A DNA stretch of 64,000 bases from Candidatus Binatia bacterium (lineage in GTDB: Bacteria > Desulfobacterota > Binatia > Bin18): NCBI GenBank assembly GCA_963664395.2, contig OY761159.2:3840001-3904000 (forward strand), given 5' to 3'. Positions 30,426-42,161 of the stretch are shown here, piece by piece. A program made the translations under genes and the position numbers. Under the pieces are notes generated by a model that saw only the letters and a list, made by a program, of their open reading frames with translations, had not been told where the DNA came from and ran no database searches. Position 1 is the stretch's first letter, and the number at the start of each line of letters is the position of its first letter.

Positions 30426-30489
30426 TTCACGTTTCATCCGAGCGGGATTGAGGGGTCCGTTTATATTCCGAAAATTAGGTAATTGCTGT

Positions 30490-31821
30490 ATGAATATTTC
30501 GATTGAGAGGCTGAGCTCGGTCCAGAAAAAAATTGCTTTCGAGATTCCTGCGGACCAAGTGCAAGCTGGGTTGGAGAAGGCGTATCGCGCTTATCAAAAC
30601 CACGTCCGACTGAAAGGCTTTCGTGCTGGACGGGTGCCAAGGCAAGTACTCGAACGTCGTTTTGGGGAGCAGATTGCTGCAGAAGTGAGTTCCTCTTTGG
30701 TTGAGGAGTCTCTTGCTAAAGCAATAGAAGAGCACGAACTTGCCATTGTCACAAAGCCCCACATTGTGACCGAGCGCCTGGTCGCGGGAAATCCTTTTTG
30801 TTATTCCGCAACTGTCGAGACTAAGCCTGAAGTCAAAAATGTCGATTACGAGGGGATAGAAGTTGAAAAAGTTGTCTCATCAGTAGAGGAGAAGGAGGTT
30901 GACGAATCCTTAGCTCGACTTGCTGAATCCCTTGCTCAGCTTCACCCCGTAACGGATCGCGATCAGGTTGAATCGGAAGATGTTATCACCCTGGACTACC
31001 GTGCAGCGCAGAATGGGCAATCCATTCCGGGGCTCGAAGGGAAGGGGCGATTGGTTGAAATGGGGAAAGAGTCTCTCCTGCCCGGGTTTCAGGAGCAGCT
31101 CATTGGCATCCAGAAAGGGCAGACTGTTGAATTTTCGCTGCCATTACCTCTACCTCAGGGGCCTCAAGAGGAAAACTCCGATCAGCAGGAGCAGGAGGCC
31201 ATTACCGCTCATTTTCGAGTAACAATACATGATATCGCTAAAAAGGAAGTACCTCTTTTAGACGATGAGTTTGCTAAAGACCACGGGGAGTGTGATACCC
31301 TTGAAGAGTTACGTGCCAAGGTTCGGGATAATATGGAAAAGATGGCGGAGCGGAGAGCCGAAGGGCAGATGTATGATGCTGTGCTGAGCCAAATGCTCAA
31401 CAAAAATCCCTTTGAGGTCCCTCCTGGTCTTATTCGTGAACAAGCGCAGCAGTTGTTCGTTGAATCGGGCATGCAGGGGCAGGGTAATATCACTTTTGAT
31501 GATCAGACTATTCCTGATGCTATACGTAAGGACTTTTCCCAGCGGGCCCAGAGGCAGATTGAGACGACAGTACTCCTCGATGCACTGGTGGAGCAACTGA
31601 GTGTAACAAGCACAGAGGAAGAGGTTGATCTGAAAATTGAAGATTTTGGATCGGTAAGTGCCGAACATCGACAGCAGATTGAAGCACTGTATGCTAATCC
31701 GACGAACCGTCAGATGCTGAAAGGGCGACTGCTCAGAGAAAAGGCGCTTCAGGCGGTTATAGAGAAGGTACACATTCGAACGGTCCAGAAAGACGTTGCT
31801 GGTGCCGAGGAAAACGATTAG
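30490..31821 (+). CDS. tig: Trigger factor
   Basis: GFRAGRVP ribosome-binding loop, FKBP-like domain, LDDEFAKD; position after tRNA-Leu and before clpX. Confidence 0.92.
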   Translation: MNISIERLSSVQKKIAFEIPADQVQAGLEKAYRAYQNHVRLKGFRAGRVPRQVLERRFGEQIAAEVSSSLVEESLAKAIEEHELAIVTKPHIVTERLVAGNPFCYSATVETKPEVKNVDYEGIEVEKVVSSVEEKEVDESLARLAESLAQLHPVTDRDQVESEDVITLDYRAAQNGQSIPGLEGKGRLVEMGKESLLPGFQEQLIGIQKGQTVEFSLPLPLPQGPQEENSDQQEQEAITAHFRVTIHDIAKKEVPLLDDEFAKDHGECDTLEELRAKVRDNMEKMAERRAEGQMYDAVLSQMLNKNPFEVPPGLIREQAQQLFVESGMQGQGNITFDDQTIPDAIRKDFSQRAQRQIETTVLLDALVEQLSVTSTEEEVDLKIEDFGSVSAEHRQQIEALYANPTNRQMLKGRLLREKALQAVIEKVHIRTVQKDVAGAEEND

Positions 31822-32025
31822 TATGGACCCTCAGTGAAGGACCTTTTCCACACCCTGTGCGATTGGGCTGACAGATGAAAACCTTTCTATATATCAGGCG
31901 ACTGTCCAGTAAGGGTAGGTGAGTTAGCATGGATACCGCTTTTTCTTCCGAGCGAGAGGACACAGCGATAACATGGAGCATGCATCTCTATGCCGTGTGG
32001 TATGAAAGCGACCCAAGGAGGAGAT

Positions 32026-33279
32026 ATGCCCAGAAATGGTGATGATCGTCCCGGAAACTTGGTTTGCTCTTTTTGTGGAAAGAGTCAGGATGAAGTTCGC
32101 AAACTGATCGCGGGCCCCACGGTCTATATCTGTGATGAATGTATAGATCTGTGTAACGACATTATCGCGGAAGAGTGTGACCAAGAAGACACTTTGGCGG
32201 CATCCTCAGCCGTCCCAAAACCGGCAGAGATAAAGCGTGTTTTAGACCAATATGTCATCGGACAGGAGCAAGCAAAGAAAATTCTCTCTGTCGCTGTCCA
32301 TAATCACTACAAGCGCGTTGATTCACAGTTGATGACGAGCGATGTAGAACTCCAAAAGTCCAATATTCTTCTTCTCGGCCCGACAGGATCAGGAAAAACT
32401 CTCCTCGCCCAAACTTTGGCTCGTTTCCTCCAAGTTCCCTTTACGATCGGTGATGCAACAAGCCTCACCGAGGCAGGGTATGTTGGAGAGGATGTCGAGA
32501 ATATTGTTTTAAGCTTATTGCAAAATGCTGACTATGACGTCGAGAAATGTCAGAAGGGAATCGTCTATATAGACGAGATCGATAAGATTGCCCGAAAGGG
32601 TGATAATCCTTCGATTACGCGAGATGTTTCCGGTGAAGGTGTCCAACAAGCGTTGCTAAAGATTATTGAAGGGACGGTTGCAAGTGTGCCTCCAAAAGGA
32701 GGCCGGAAACACCCGCAGCAAGAGTTTGTTCAGGTTGATACGACGAATATCCTATTTATCTGTGGTGGTGCGTTTGTCGGCCTGGAAGATCTCATTCAAC
32801 GACGGATTGGGGGGAAGAGCCTTGGGTTTGGGGCAGACGTTCGGAGTACCAACCAGAGTGGGAGCAGTCTTCTCACAGAAGTGCAGCCAGAAGACCTACT
32901 GAAATTTGGTATGATTCCGGAATTTGTCGGCCGCCTGCCCGTTTTAGCCACTCTCAAGGAGCTTGACGACCAATCGTTAGTCCGAATTTTGCGAGAGCCA
33001 AAAAATGCACTAGTTCGTCAATACCAAAAGCTCTTTGAGCTAGAGAACGTACACTTGCGCCTTACTGAGGGCGCTCTGACTGCGATTGCCCGTGAGGCGT
33101 TAGCCAGAAAAACCGGGGCTCGTGGGCTGCGCGCTATTATGGAAAACATCATGCTGGATATCATGTACGATATCCCTTCACAGCCGAATATTAAAGAAGT
33201 CCTCATTTCTGAAGAAGTTGTTTTACGCAACGTGCAGCCCATTGTGATGTACCAAAAAGCGACTGCCGAGAGTGCCTGA
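32026..33279 (+). CDS. clpX: ATP-dependent Clp protease ATPase ClpX
   Basis: CSFCGK zinc finger, [22 protein letters not shown] loop; GGAGG RBS. Confidence 0.97.
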   Translation: MPRNGDDRPGNLVCSFCGKSQDEVRKLIAGPTVYICDECIDLCNDIIAEECDQEDTLAASSAVPKPAEIKRVLDQYVIGQEQAKKILSVAVHNHYKRVDSQLMTSDVELQKSNILLLGPTGSGKTLLAQTLARFLQVPFTIGDATSLTEAGYVGEDVENIVLSLLQNADYDVEKCQKGIVYIDEIDKIARKGDNPSITRDVSGEGVQQALLKIIEGTVASVPPKGGRKHPQQEFVQVDTTNILFICGGAFVGLEDLIQRRIGGKSLGFGADVRSTNQSGSSLLTEVQPEDLLKFGMIPEFVGRLPVLATLKELDDQSLVRILREPKNALVRQYQKLFELENVHLRLTEGALTAIAREALARKTGARGLRAIMENIMLDIMYDIPSQPNIKEVLISEEVVLRNVQPIVMYQKATAESA

Positions 33280-33316
33280 CGACCTTACTTGGAAGGCAGT
33301 GGCGTGTTATTCTGGA

Positions 33317-35761
33317 ATGATAAAAAAGAGAAATCGTAAAGAAGGAGGGGCCGTGCGTCTACCGCTTTTACCGTTACGAGATATTATTGTTTTTCCTCAC
33401 ATGGTCGTCCCCCTCTTTGTCGGGAGGCAAAAGTCGATTAAGGCGCTCGAAGAATCAGTTGCCAGCGATAAACTGATTTTTCTCGCAACTCAGCGTAATG
33501 CGAAAGTCAACGATCCAGTTGCCAATGACATTTATTCTATGGGAACCATTGGGCATGTTGTTCAACTCCTCCGGCTACCAGACGGGACAGTGAAAGTCTT
33601 GGTTGAGGGGAAACAGCGCGGGAAGGTTGTCCAATATGTAGAGCAAGATGACTTCTTCTGGGCTGATGTTGAAGAGGTTGAAGAAGCGTCACAACGACAA
33701 GCCGAAATCGACGCGTTGGTGAGAAGCGTTAATACGGCATTTGAGAACTATGTGCGTCTGAATAAGAAAATTCCCCCAGAGATGATTATGTCGGTCTCGG
33801 CGCTTGATGACCCGTCTCGGCTCGCCGACACAATTATTGCGCACCTTGGTATTAAATTGGAGGATAAACAAACCCTGCTCGAAACGATTGATCCTGCTGA
33901 TCGTCTGGAAAAGGTGCTGAGCTTTACGCGTTCTGAGATTGAGATACTTGAAGTGGAGCGGAGAATACGAAACCGGGTCAAAAAACAAATGGAGAAAACC
34001 CAGAAAGAGTATTATCTCAACGAACAAATGCGGGCCATTCAGAAAGAACTCGGAGAAAAAGACGAATTCAAGAATGAGTTGCAAGAGCTCGAAGAAAAAG
34101 CTCGACAGAAAAAGCTGTCTCAAGAGGCTCGGGACAAGGTAGAAAAGGAGCTAAAGAAGCTCAAAATGATGTCTCCGATGTCCGCCGAGGCGACTGTTGT
34201 TCGAAACTATATTGATTGGCTGCTCGTTCTTCCATGGTATGAATACACAGAAGATAAACTGGACATTCAAGAAGCAGAAAAGGTTTTAGACGAGGACCAC
34301 TACGGCCTGGAAAAGGTCAAAGAACGAATCTTGGAATATCTTGCCGTCCAAAGTCTTGTTGGCGAGTTAAAAGGCCCTATCCTCTGCTTTGTTGGTCCTC
34401 CGGGTGTTGGGAAAACTTCCTTGGGGAAATCCATTGCACGGTCGACGGACCGAGAGTTTGTTCGGGTCTCCCTTGGTGGAGTACGCGACGAGGCAGAAAT
34501 CCGGGGGCACCGGCGGACCTATATCGGAGCAATGCCTGGAAAAATAGTCCAAGGGATGAAGAAAGCGGGATCAGGGAATCCGGTCTTTCTTCTTGATGAA
34601 GTTGATAAGATGTCAACTGATTTTCGAGGAGACCCGTCTGCCGCGTTGATGGAAGTCCTTGATCCGGAACAGAATACAGCCTTCAACGACCATTACCTTG
34701 ATGTAGATTACGATCTGTCAAAAATTCTTTTTATCTGCACGGCAAATAATCTTGAACGGATTCCACGCCCCTTACAAGATCGCATGGAGATTATTAGAAT
34801 TCCTGGTTATACCGAGTGGGAAAAATTAAATATCGCGAAGCATTTTTTGTTCAAAAAGCAACGTGAGGCAAACGGCCTCACTGAGGGTAATATCAGTTGC
34901 CCTGACCGTATCCTGTCCACCGTGGTGCGTTCCTATACTCGAGAAGCTGGAGTCAGAAATCTTGAGCGGGAAATTGCGACGCTATGTCGAAAGGTGGCAG
35001 TAGAAGTTGTCAAAAAGGGAAAAGATACGTATGTGCGGCTGAATCAGAAACGACTCGAAAAATATTTGGGGCCTACCCGGTACCGGGTGAGTAGGGGAGA
35101 GCAGGAAGACAAGGTTGGTGTAGTCACTGGCTTAGCCTGGACTGAGATGGGAGGTGAGCTGCTTGCCACCGAGGTGACAATTTTACCCGGCAAAGGCAAG
35201 TTAACTATTACTGGGAAAATTGGCGATGTTATGCAAGAGTCGGCCCAAGCGGCGATGAGCTATGTACGCTCACGTGCCGATGAATTAGGACTCGAAAAGG
35301 ATTTTTATCAGAAAATCGATGTTCATATCCATATTCCAGAAGGAGCTATTCCAAAAGATGGTCCATCGGCCGGCGTGACTATGACAACGTGCCTAGTATC
35401 AGCCCTGACAAAGATTCCAGTTCGGCATGACACCGCTATGACCGGAGAAATTACCCTTCGTGGTCGCGTGCTCCCCATTGGTGGCCTCAAGGAGAAGATT
35501 CTGGCTGCTCATCGCGGGGGGATAACAAGAATACTCATCCCGATTGAAAATGAAAAGGACCTGCAGGAAGTCCCAGCGAATATCTTACGGGCAGTTCATG
35601 TCGAACCAGTTGATCATCTTGACGAAGTGCTACGAAACGCTCTCGTCCTTACCGAGCCCGGTGAGTTCCTAGCAAAGAATGAGGCTGTGATTGATGAGGA
35701 TCCTCTCTATTCCTCCGATGTACCTGATCCGACAGAATCGACCGAGATTGTGACACATTAA
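33317..35761 (+). CDS. lon: Lon protease
   Basis: [32 protein letters not shown]. Confidence 0.97.
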   Translation: MIKKRNRKEGGAVRLPLLPLRDIIVFPHMVVPLFVGRQKSIKALEESVASDKLIFLATQRNAKVNDPVANDIYSMGTIGHVVQLLRLPDGTVKVLVEGKQRGKVVQYVEQDDFFWADVEEVEEASQRQAEIDALVRSVNTAFENYVRLNKKIPPEMIMSVSALDDPSRLADTIIAHLGIKLEDKQTLLETIDPADRLEKVLSFTRSEIEILEVERRIRNRVKKQMEKTQKEYYLNEQMRAIQKELGEKDEFKNELQELEEKARQKKLSQEARDKVEKELKKLKMMSPMSAEATVVRNYIDWLLVLPWYEYTEDKLDIQEAEKVLDEDHYGLEKVKERILEYLAVQSLVGELKGPILCFVGPPGVGKTSLGKSIARSTDREFVRVSLGGVRDEAEIRGHRRTYIGAMPGKIVQGMKKAGSGNPVFLLDEVDKMSTDFRGDPSAALMEVLDPEQNTAFNDHYLDVDYDLSKILFICTANNLERIPRPLQDRMEIIRIPGYTEWEKLNIAKHFLFKKQREANGLTEGNISCPDRILSTVVRSYTREAGVRNLEREIATLCRKVAVEVVKKGKDTYVRLNQKRLEKYLGPTRYRVSRGEQEDKVGVVTGLAWTEMGGELLATEVTILPGKGKLTITGKIGDVMQESAQAAMSYVRSRADELGLEKDFYQKIDVHIHIPEGAIPKDGPSAGVTMTTCLVSALTKIPVRHDTAMTGEITLRGRVLPIGGLKEKILAAHRGGITRILIPIENEKDLQEVPANILRAVHVEPVDHLDEVLRNALVLTEPGEFLAKNEAVIDEDPLYSSDVPDPTESTEIVTH

Positions 35762-35862
35762 TGAACATGAGGGGATTGACTAGGAAAGAGCGCAGTGGTA
35801 GATCTCAGAGCCTCATTTAGGGTAAGGCTCGCTCCCAGCTAAGCTCTTTCGTCCTTATAGTA

Positions 35863-35934
35863 GGGCGGTTAGCTCAGAGGAAGAGCATCGGCCTTACAAG
35901 CCGAGGGCCATCCGTTCAAATCGGATACCGCCCA
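35863..35934 (+). tRNA. tRNA-Val(TAC)
   Basis: Anticodon arm TCGGC-CT TAC AA-GCCGA. Confidence 0.93.
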
Positions 35935-35940
35935 TATGGT

Positions 35941-36018
35941 GGGGTCGTAGTTCAGCTGGTTTAGAACGCCGGCCTGTCACGCCGGAGGTCGCGAGTTCGA
36001 GTCTCGTCGGCCCCGCCA
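35941..36018 (+). tRNA. tRNA-Asp(GTC)
   Basis: Anticodon arm CCGGC-CT GTC AC-GCCGG; encoded CCA. Confidence 0.95.
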
Positions 36019-36053
36019 TCCCCCCTATACCTGTAGAGAAGGTATGATAGTCC

Positions 36054-36488
36054 ATGAAGAAAGAAACACAAATATTACCTCAAGAACAAGCGCTCTCCGC
36101 ACGTCGCTGGTATTTCATAGACGCGAAAGACCAAATCGTTGGGCGCCTCGCAAGTAACATAGCGAGCACCTTACGAGGCAAGGGAAATCCAGCCTTTTCT
36201 CCTCATACTGATAATGGAGACTTTATTGTCGTCATCAATGCGCGCCATGTGAGACTGACGGGAAAGAAGCTTCAGGACAAGCAATACTATCGACATACGG
36301 GGTACCCGGGCGGGATACGGCATAAGTCTGCAGCACAGATGATAAAATCGTCCCCTGAACGTATCCTGAAAAAAGCGGTGGCGGGGATGCTGCCGAAGAA
36401 CGCTCTAGGACGCAAGTTGGCAAAGAAATTAAAAGTCTATCCCGACGCAGCACATCCTCATGCTGCCCAGATGCCAGCCGCCGGATAG
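36054..36488 (+). CDS. rplM: 50S ribosomal protein L13
   Basis: WYFIDA, GRLAS, HTGYPGG, MLPKN.LGR. Confidence 0.96.
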   Translation: MKKETQILPQEQALSARRWYFIDAKDQIVGRLASNIASTLRGKGNPAFSPHTDNGDFIVVINARHVRLTGKKLQDKQYYRHTGYPGGIRHKSAAQMIKSSPERILKKAVAGMLPKNALGRKLAKKLKVYPDAAHPHAAQMPAAG

Positions 36489-36523
36489 CAGGGATCGAGA
36501 AAGAGAGAGGGAAGGCACTTCGT

Positions 36524-36922
36524 ATGGCTGAGAATCAATCGGAATATTGGGGAACTGGAAAACGAAAAACCGCGGTTGCCAGAGTTCGCCTTCTTCCTGG
36601 GGAGGGGTATTGTACAGTCAACAAAAAGTCCCTTGACGAATATTTTGGCCGTGAAGCGATTCGTATGATTGCGCGACAGCCGCTCATTGTTACACAAATG
36701 GAAGACCAATATGATGTCAAGGCCAATGTCCAAGGTGGCGGGAACTCTGCCCAGGCCGCTGCCATTCGTCATGGTATTACCCGCGCTCTTCTCAAAGCAA
36801 ACCCAGACTTCCGGCCACTCCTTAAAAAAGAAGGATTTATTACCCGCGACTCACGAGAAGTTGAGCGCAAGAAGTATGGCAGGCACAAAGCACGTAAGCG
36901 TCCCCAGTACTCAAAACGGTAA
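36524..36922 (+). CDS. rpsI: 30S ribosomal protein S9
   Basis: [21 protein letters not shown]. Confidence 0.97.
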   Translation: MAENQSEYWGTGKRKTAVARVRLLPGEGYCTVNKKSLDEYFGREAIRMIARQPLIVTQMEDQYDVKANVQGGGNSAQAAAIRHGITRALLKANPDFRPLLKKEGFITRDSREVERKKYGRHKARKRPQYSKR

Positions 36923-36937
36923 CACCTCATGGGCCAA

Positions 36938-38032
36938 TTAGTCGATACCGAGAAGGAAATAAATACCGACTAAGCCTCCTGTCCCATTAGCGAGCCAAGC
37001 GGAGAGGGTCGGGGGAAGGACTCCACCATTTCCGAGGGAAACGGTGAGGGCGAGAAAGACCCAGTAGCCAAACCCGACAAGCAGCGCTGAAGTGAGTGCC
37101 ATTGGTATAGTAAGCTGCTTCGCGCCTGGTATTGTAAGTGCTATCCCTAATAATGTCATAACGAATGCTGCAAAAGGGACTGCGCCCTTGAGCTTGAGAT
37201 CTACTTGATACTCTGTTGTATCTAGGCCCTTCTGTTGGAGATCCTCAATATAATCTCTGAGTGCTTGTGATGAAAATTCTTCTGCTTTCATGGTGACAAG
37301 GGAGAAGTCTTCTGGCGTTTCCTTGAGCAGAAGAGCCGGAGAGAGAGGACGAAGCGCCTCTCCTTGCTCCAGTCCATTCTCCTGGACCCCTTCAAAATGC
37401 CATCTTCCGTCTCGCCAAGAGGCTTGGGCAATCTTTGTCAGAGACTGCACCTGAAAATTTTCACTGAGGGTGTAAATAGTGAGACCAGAAAGAATATTGC
37501 GACGTGAATCAAAGTGATTGATATGATAGAAGCTCCTTTCTCCATGGTACCAGAACCCTTGTGTCTGGAAGAGGCCTTTAAAGGTCTTTCCTTTGATCTC
37601 CACGGTATTGATATAGCGAGACTTGTGAAAAGCGTACGGAACGACACTCTCATTCCACACCCATCCACCAATACTTAATACACAGGCAGATAAGAGGAGT
37701 GGGGCAGCCATCTGCCAGGCACTAATACCACAAGATTTGAGTGCCAGGAGCTCCTTATGTCGGGAGAGAATTCCGAGGCTCAGCAGTGACCCTGCGAGTG
37801 CCGCGGCAGGAACAGCCTGTGTGACAAAGAGAGGTAATTTAAAAAGAAAGTAGCGCCCTATAGCGGAGAGGGGCGCTTCGTATTTTACGAAACTGTTAAA
37901 GCGGTCAAAAAAGTCGACCAGGAGCGAAAGCCCGAGAAAGAGGAGAAGACAGAGCGAAAAGAGACGAATAAATTCTTTACACAGATAGACTGCTATTAGT
38001 CGAGAGGGAAAAGGAAAGCCGTTTCGACCCAT
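36938..38032 (-). CDS. lptG: LPS export ABC transporter permease LptG (start uncertain)
   Basis: LptF/G architecture, ELLALKSCGIS, LG.GG.LPP.LSAWLAN; second gene of the pair. Confidence 0.85.
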   Translation of the reverse strand: MGRNGFPFPSRLIAVYLCKEFIRLFSLCLLLFLGLSLLVDFFDRFNSFVKYEAPLSAIGRYFLFKLPLFVTQAVPAAALAGSLLSLGILSRHKELLALKSCGISAWQMAAPLLLSACVLSIGGWVWNESVVPYAFHKSRYINTVEIKGKTFKGLFQTQGFWYHGERSFYHINHFDSRRNILSGLTIYTLSENFQVQSLTKIAQASWRDGRWHFEGVQENGLEQGEALRPLSPALLLKETPEDFSLVTMKAEEFSSQALRDYIEDLQQKGLDTTEYQVDLKLKGAVPFAAFVMTLLGIALTIPGAKQLTIPMALTSALLVGFGYWVFLALTVSLGNGGVLPPTLSAWLANGTGGLVGIYFLLGID

Positions 38033-38049
38033 GAGTCCGTGCGCCGGAG

Positions 38050-39228
38050 TCACTGGACAATAAAAGAGGAAAATGGACGCTTGGAAAGACATTGCGACAA
38101 CCAAGCCAAGAGAGGAAAAAGGGGTTTTTCTTGTGTCACCCGAGAAAAAAGATAGACACCGAGACCGCCTAATACGCCATTCGGTATCCACAAGGCAATC
38201 GCAGGAGGGAGCACCCCTCTTTTTCCAAATGTCTCCCCGGCAGTAAGGAGAAGATAGTATAGCAGGATAATCCCGAGGCTTACGCCAAATCCAACCGAAC
38301 GAAAGGACCAGGTCGTTCGTACACTGAGAGGAAGGGCGATCAGACTAAAGACAACACACGCGAACGGAAGGGCAAGGCGGCGGTGAAATTCGACGAGTGC
38401 GTTGTTGTGTTGTGACGATGCTTCTTGGCTCTGAGATAAGCGGTGTAAGAGTTCCACTGTTGTCATATCTTTTGGACTATGATTTGGCTCTTTCACGTGA
38501 GCGAGCAGTGCGGCAGTATCCAAAGTAACATCATAGACAGAAAAATGGGTTGTCTGATGACCCTTTTCTGTTTGTTGCATACTATGCACAGTCCCTTCGT
38601 TTAAGCGTAGGGTCAACATATTTCCTTCAGCACTAGGAACAATGAGGCCATTGTGAGCAAAAATGGTATCTTTTCTTTGTGGAGCTCGACTATCAGCGAT
38701 CATAATTCCTTTGAGAAGTGTACCTGGCGGTTTAATTTCTTCTGCATAGATCACCAGACCTGCAAATTCGCTATTGAACGTTTTTTCTTTTAACCCCGCG
38801 GTTGCCCGTGTTCTCGAAACATCGTAGAACACACGATCAAGTCCAGCGTTACTCCACGGACGGACAGAGAGGGTGAGGAAAAAAGAGCTCCCTAGAAGGA
38901 CCGCTGTCAACAAGTAAAGCGGCAAAGCCATTTGGGAGAGGCTGATACCACAACTCTTCAGCGCAATGACTTCTCTGTCTGTTGTGAGACGGCCAAATCC
39001 CCATAGAATGGCAAGGAGGAAGGCCATAGGCACTGTCACTTCGAGAAAAGAAGGAAGGACAAAAAACAGCATTTTACTGATATGCAGGATCGATACGCCT
39101 CGACTGATTACTAAATCAACGAGTTTAAGGATGCGAGTCGTGAATAAAATGCAGGTAAAGATGAGCAAGCTGAGACAGAAGGGCACAGTAATTTCGAGGA
39201 AGATGTAGCGTGTCAAGATTTTGCCCAT
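38050..39228 (-). CDS. lptF: LPS export ABC transporter permease LptF
   Basis: ILTRYIFLEI, GRLTTDREVIALKSCGIS, EFHRRLALP, WIPN. Confidence 0.88.
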   Translation of the reverse strand: MGKILTRYIFLEITVPFCLSLLIFTCILFTTRILKLVDLVISRGVSILHISKMLFFVLPSFLEVTVPMAFLLAILWGFGRLTTDREVIALKSCGISLSQMALPLYLLTAVLLGSSFFLTLSVRPWSNAGLDRVFYDVSRTRATAGLKEKTFNSEFAGLVIYAEEIKPPGTLLKGIMIADSRAPQRKDTIFAHNGLIVPSAEGNMLTLRLNEGTVHSMQQTEKGHQTTHFSVYDVTLDTAALLAHVKEPNHSPKDMTTVELLHRLSQSQEASSQHNNALVEFHRRLALPFACVVFSLIALPLSVRTTWSFRSVGFGVSLGIILLYYLLLTAGETFGKRGVLPPAIALWIPNGVLGGLGVYLFSRVTQEKPLFPLLAWLSQCLSKRPFSSFIVQ

Positions 39229-39979
39229 GAGACGAAGTCCTAAAAAAAATACATTACACTGTAAATCGCGCGTGATCTACGGACTACGCCCTCTCAATGA
39301 ATACCTCCGGACACAGCCAGAAACAATTGAGACAATTTATGCTCTTCGATTGCAGAAAACAGAGAGACTGATTCAATATGCTCAACAGTTTCACATTCCT
39401 ATTCAATACGAATCAGCAGCCTTCCTTGATGCCCTGACGCAAGGGGGGAATCACCAAGGAATCACCGCTCAGGTGCGTCCGTTTAAGTATGCTGTACTGA
39501 CTGATCTCATACAAAGCTCAATAGACTGTATTCTGGTACTTGACGAGATCTTGGACCCTCGGAATCTTGGAGCGTTGCTGAGAACAGCGGAATCAGCGAA
39601 TGTCGGAGGAGTGATCCTTACGAAACGACGTTCTGCGCCACTCTCGGCGAGTGCTGAAAAAGCAGCAGCTGGGGCAACGGCGTATCTTCCAATATGTCGA
39701 GTAGGAAATTTGCAGCAGGCGCTCATGACCTTAAAACAATCCAATTTCTGGCTCGTCGGGCTAAGCCCGCAAGCAACCCAAACGGTCTATGATCTCGATA
39801 TGCATAGAAAAGTCGCTTTCGTCTTGGGCGGCGAAGGTAAGGGCATTCGTCCGCTCGTCCAGAATACCTGTGATTACTTAATATCAATACCGATGGAAGG
39901 ACAGGTCTCCTCTCTCAATGTCTCTGTTGCCGGTGCCATCGTATTATATGAACGTCTCCGTCAGATTCGCAAACCATAG
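39227..39979 (+). CDS. rlmB: 23S rRNA (guanosine-2'-O)-methyltransferase RlmB (start uncertain)
   Basis: HQGI.A, DPRNLGALLRTA, GGEGKGIR, SLNVSVA. Confidence 0.9.
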   Translation: MRRSPKKNTLHCKSRVIYGLRPLNEYLRTQPETIETIYALRLQKTERLIQYAQQFHIPIQYESAAFLDALTQGGNHQGITAQVRPFKYAVLTDLIQSSIDCILVLDEILDPRNLGALLRTAESANVGGVILTKRRSAPLSASAEKAAAGATAYLPICRVGNLQQALMTLKQSNFWLVGLSPQATQTVYDLDMHRKVAFVLGGEGKGIRPLVQNTCDYLISIPMEGQVSSLNVSVAGAIVLYERLRQIRKP

Positions 39980-40109
39980 TATTATAAAGTCTTATGAGAG
40001 TGTACTCGCTTGTCGTCAGGTTGTTTTTCTGCTAGTTGTCCGCAAGGTATAGGAATTGAAGGCGATTCTCGTTTTCAAATAGCAAAAAGATAAGGAATTT
40101 TTATTGCTA

Positions 40110-40138
40110 TTGACTGTAGGAATGAGCTAGGGTAGGAT
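40110..40138 (+). promoter_or_regulatory. Putative sigma70 promoter of the tRNA-tuf operon
   Basis: TTGACT, 17-nt spacer, TAGGAT, with an AT-rich tract upstream. Confidence 0.55.
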
Positions 40139-40232
40139 GGACGGCTCTTCTGAGATATAACAAGGTTTCGTTTGGAAAGGTCCTGAAATCCACATAATTT
40201 TATTGAGCTACGGGAAATCATACTACTGGAAC

Positions 40233-40304
40233 GCTGGCGTAGCTCAACGGTAGAGCAACTGATTTGTAATCAGTAGGTTGTAGGTTCAATTCCTATCGCC
40301 AGCT
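40233..40304 (+). tRNA. tRNA-Thr(TGT)
   Basis: Anticodon arm ACTGA-TT TGT AA-TCAGT. Confidence 0.95.
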
Positions 40305-40336
40305 TTCGTAGAGATGAAAACCGTGCACGGACGTAT

Positions 40337-40419
40337 GGAGAGGTGCCCGAGCGGCCAAAGGGAGCAGACTGTAAATCTGCCGGCAGATGCCTTCGAAGGT
40401 TCGAATCCTTCCCTCTCCA
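40337..40419 (+). tRNA. tRNA-Tyr(GTA)
   Basis: Anticodon arm GCAGA-CT GTA AA-TCTGC; long variable arm. Confidence 0.95.
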
Positions 40420-40442
40420 CTGTAAAACAGAGAAGAGTTTGG

Positions 40443-40519
40443 GCGGGAATAGCTCAGTTGGCTAGAGCGCGAGCCTTCCAAGCTCGGGGTCGCGGGTTCG
40501 AGTCCCGTTTCCCGCTCCA
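40443..40519 (+). tRNA. tRNA-Gly(TCC)
   Basis: Anticodon arm CGAGC-CT TCC AA-GCTCG; encoded CCA. Confidence 0.95.
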
Positions 40520-40626
40520 CTATTCCGTAAGGAGGGGGCAGCGGTCTCCCTGCAATCCTCCGGGCACCTTATAGGACAGCTGTGCTATCCTGTAGGTTAT
40601 AGTAAAGTGAGGAAATTGAACTCAAC

Positions 40627-40699
40627 GCCCAGGTAGCTCAGTAGGTAGAGCACGTCCTTGGTAAGGACGAGGTCGGCGGTTCAAGCCCGCTCCTGGGCT
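40627..40699 (+). tRNA. tRNA-Thr(GGT)
   Basis: Anticodon arm CGTCC-TT GGT AA-GGACG. Confidence 0.95.
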
Positions 40700-40798
40700 T
40701 GTCCCATTTCCACAAGAGAAATAGGTTATTAAAAGCTTGGCTGTAGGGAAGGTCGAGGCAAGTTTCTCACAGCTGAGGGCGAGGGAAGGGAGAGAGCG

Positions 40799-41983
40799 AT
40801 GGCGAAGGAGCGGTTTAAGCGGACGAAGCCGCACATGAATGTGGGGACGATCGGGCATATTGACCATGGGAAGACGACGTTAACGGCGGCGATCACGAGC
40901 GTGTTGGCGGAGCAGTCGATGGCGGTGGCGGTGGCGTTTGACGAGATTGACAAAGCGCCGGAGGAGAAGGAGCGCGGGATCACGATCAACACGGCGCACG
41001 TGGAATACGAGACCGAGCAGCGGCACTATGCGCACGTGGATTGTCCGGGGCATGCGGACTATATCAAGAACATGATCACAGGGGCGGCGCAGATGGACGG
41101 GGCGATACTAGTGGTTGCGGCTTCGGATGGGCCGATGCCGCAGACGCGGGAGCACATTTTATTAGCGCGTCAAGTGGGGGTTCCGGCGATTGTCGTGTTC
41201 ATGAACAAGGTAGACATGGTGGATGATGAGGAGCTACTGGATTTAGTGGACTTGGAGATGCGGGAACTGCTGTCGAAGTATGATTTTCCGGGCGATGAGA
41301 CCCCGATCATTCGGGGGAGTGCGCTGCGGGCCTTAGAGGGGGAAGCGGAGGGGAAGGCGCAAGTGCTGGAGTTGATGGCGGCGGTAGACAGTTTTATTCC
41401 CGAGCCGGCGCGGGAAGTGGACCAAGAGTTTTTAATGTCCGTGGAGGACGTGTTTACGATTTCGGGGCGGGGGACGGTGGCGACGGGGCGCGTGGAGCGG
41501 GGGCGGGTCAAAGTGGGGGAAGAGGTAGAGATTGTGGGGATTCGGGAGACGCAGAAGACGACGGTGACCGGGGTAGAGATGTTCCGCAAGCTGTTAGATG
41601 AGGGCGTGGCGGGGGACAACGTGGGCTGTTTACTGCGGGGGATCAAGCGGGAAGAGATTGAGCGGGGGCAGGTTTTGGCGAAGCCGGGGAGTATCACGCC
41701 GCATACGAAGTATGAAGCCGAAGTGTATGTGTTGACGAAAGATGAGGGGGGGCGGCACACGCCGTTTTTCAATGGATATCGGCCGCAGTTTTACTTTCGG
41801 ACGACGGATGTGACGGGGGCGGTGACGTTGCAAGCCGGCACGGAGATGGTGATGCCGGGGGACAACACGCAGATGACGGTGGGGTTGTTGACGCCGATTG
41901 CCATGGATGAGGGGTTACGGTTTGCGATTCGAGAGGGAGGACGCACGGTGGGCGCGGGCGTCGTTACCAAAATCTTGGAGTAA
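40799..41983 (+). CDS. tuf: Elongation factor Tu, copy 1
   Basis: [28 protein letters not shown]. Confidence 0.98.
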   Translation: MAKERFKRTKPHMNVGTIGHIDHGKTTLTAAITSVLAEQSMAVAVAFDEIDKAPEEKERGITINTAHVEYETEQRHYAHVDCPGHADYIKNMITGAAQMDGAILVVAASDGPMPQTREHILLARQVGVPAIVVFMNKVDMVDDEELLDLVDLEMRELLSKYDFPGDETPIIRGSALRALEGEAEGKAQVLELMAAVDSFIPEPAREVDQEFLMSVEDVFTISGRGTVATGRVERGRVKVGEEVEIVGIRETQKTTVTGVEMFRKLLDEGVAGDNVGCLLRGIKREEIERGQVLAKPGSITPHTKYEAEVYVLTKDEGGRHTPFFNGYRPQFYFRTTDVTGAVTLQAGTEMVMPGDNTQMTVGLLTPIAMDEGLRFAIREGGRTVGAGVVTKILE

Positions 41984-42001
41984 GAGAAAAGAGAAGTCGT
42001 T

Positions 42002-42154
42002 ATGAGAGACCTTGTGGGACTTTCCTGTGAGCAGTGCAAAAATAAAAATTATACAGCAACCAAGAATAAAAAACTCACTCCCGATAAACTTGTTCGACGG
42101 AAATTTTGCCCAGTCTGTCGCTCTCATACCTCACATAAAGAAGTAAAAGTGTGA
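42002..42154 (+). CDS. rpmG: 50S ribosomal protein L33 (Zn-binding type)
   Basis: Hand translation, below ORF-track cutoff: MRDLVGLSCEQCKNKNYTATKNKKLTPDKLVRRKFCPVCRSHTSHKEVKV. Confidence 0.95.
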   Translation: MRDLVGLSCEQCKNKNYTATKNKKLTPDKLVRRKFCPVCRSHTSHKEVKV

Positions 42155-42161
42155 GATAGGA

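Noticed and set aside
31875-31922. Short ORF MKTFLYIRRLSSKGR as a clpP remnant (compare ERSFDIYSRLLKER)
   Set aside because: Similarity is too weak to separate from chance by eye.
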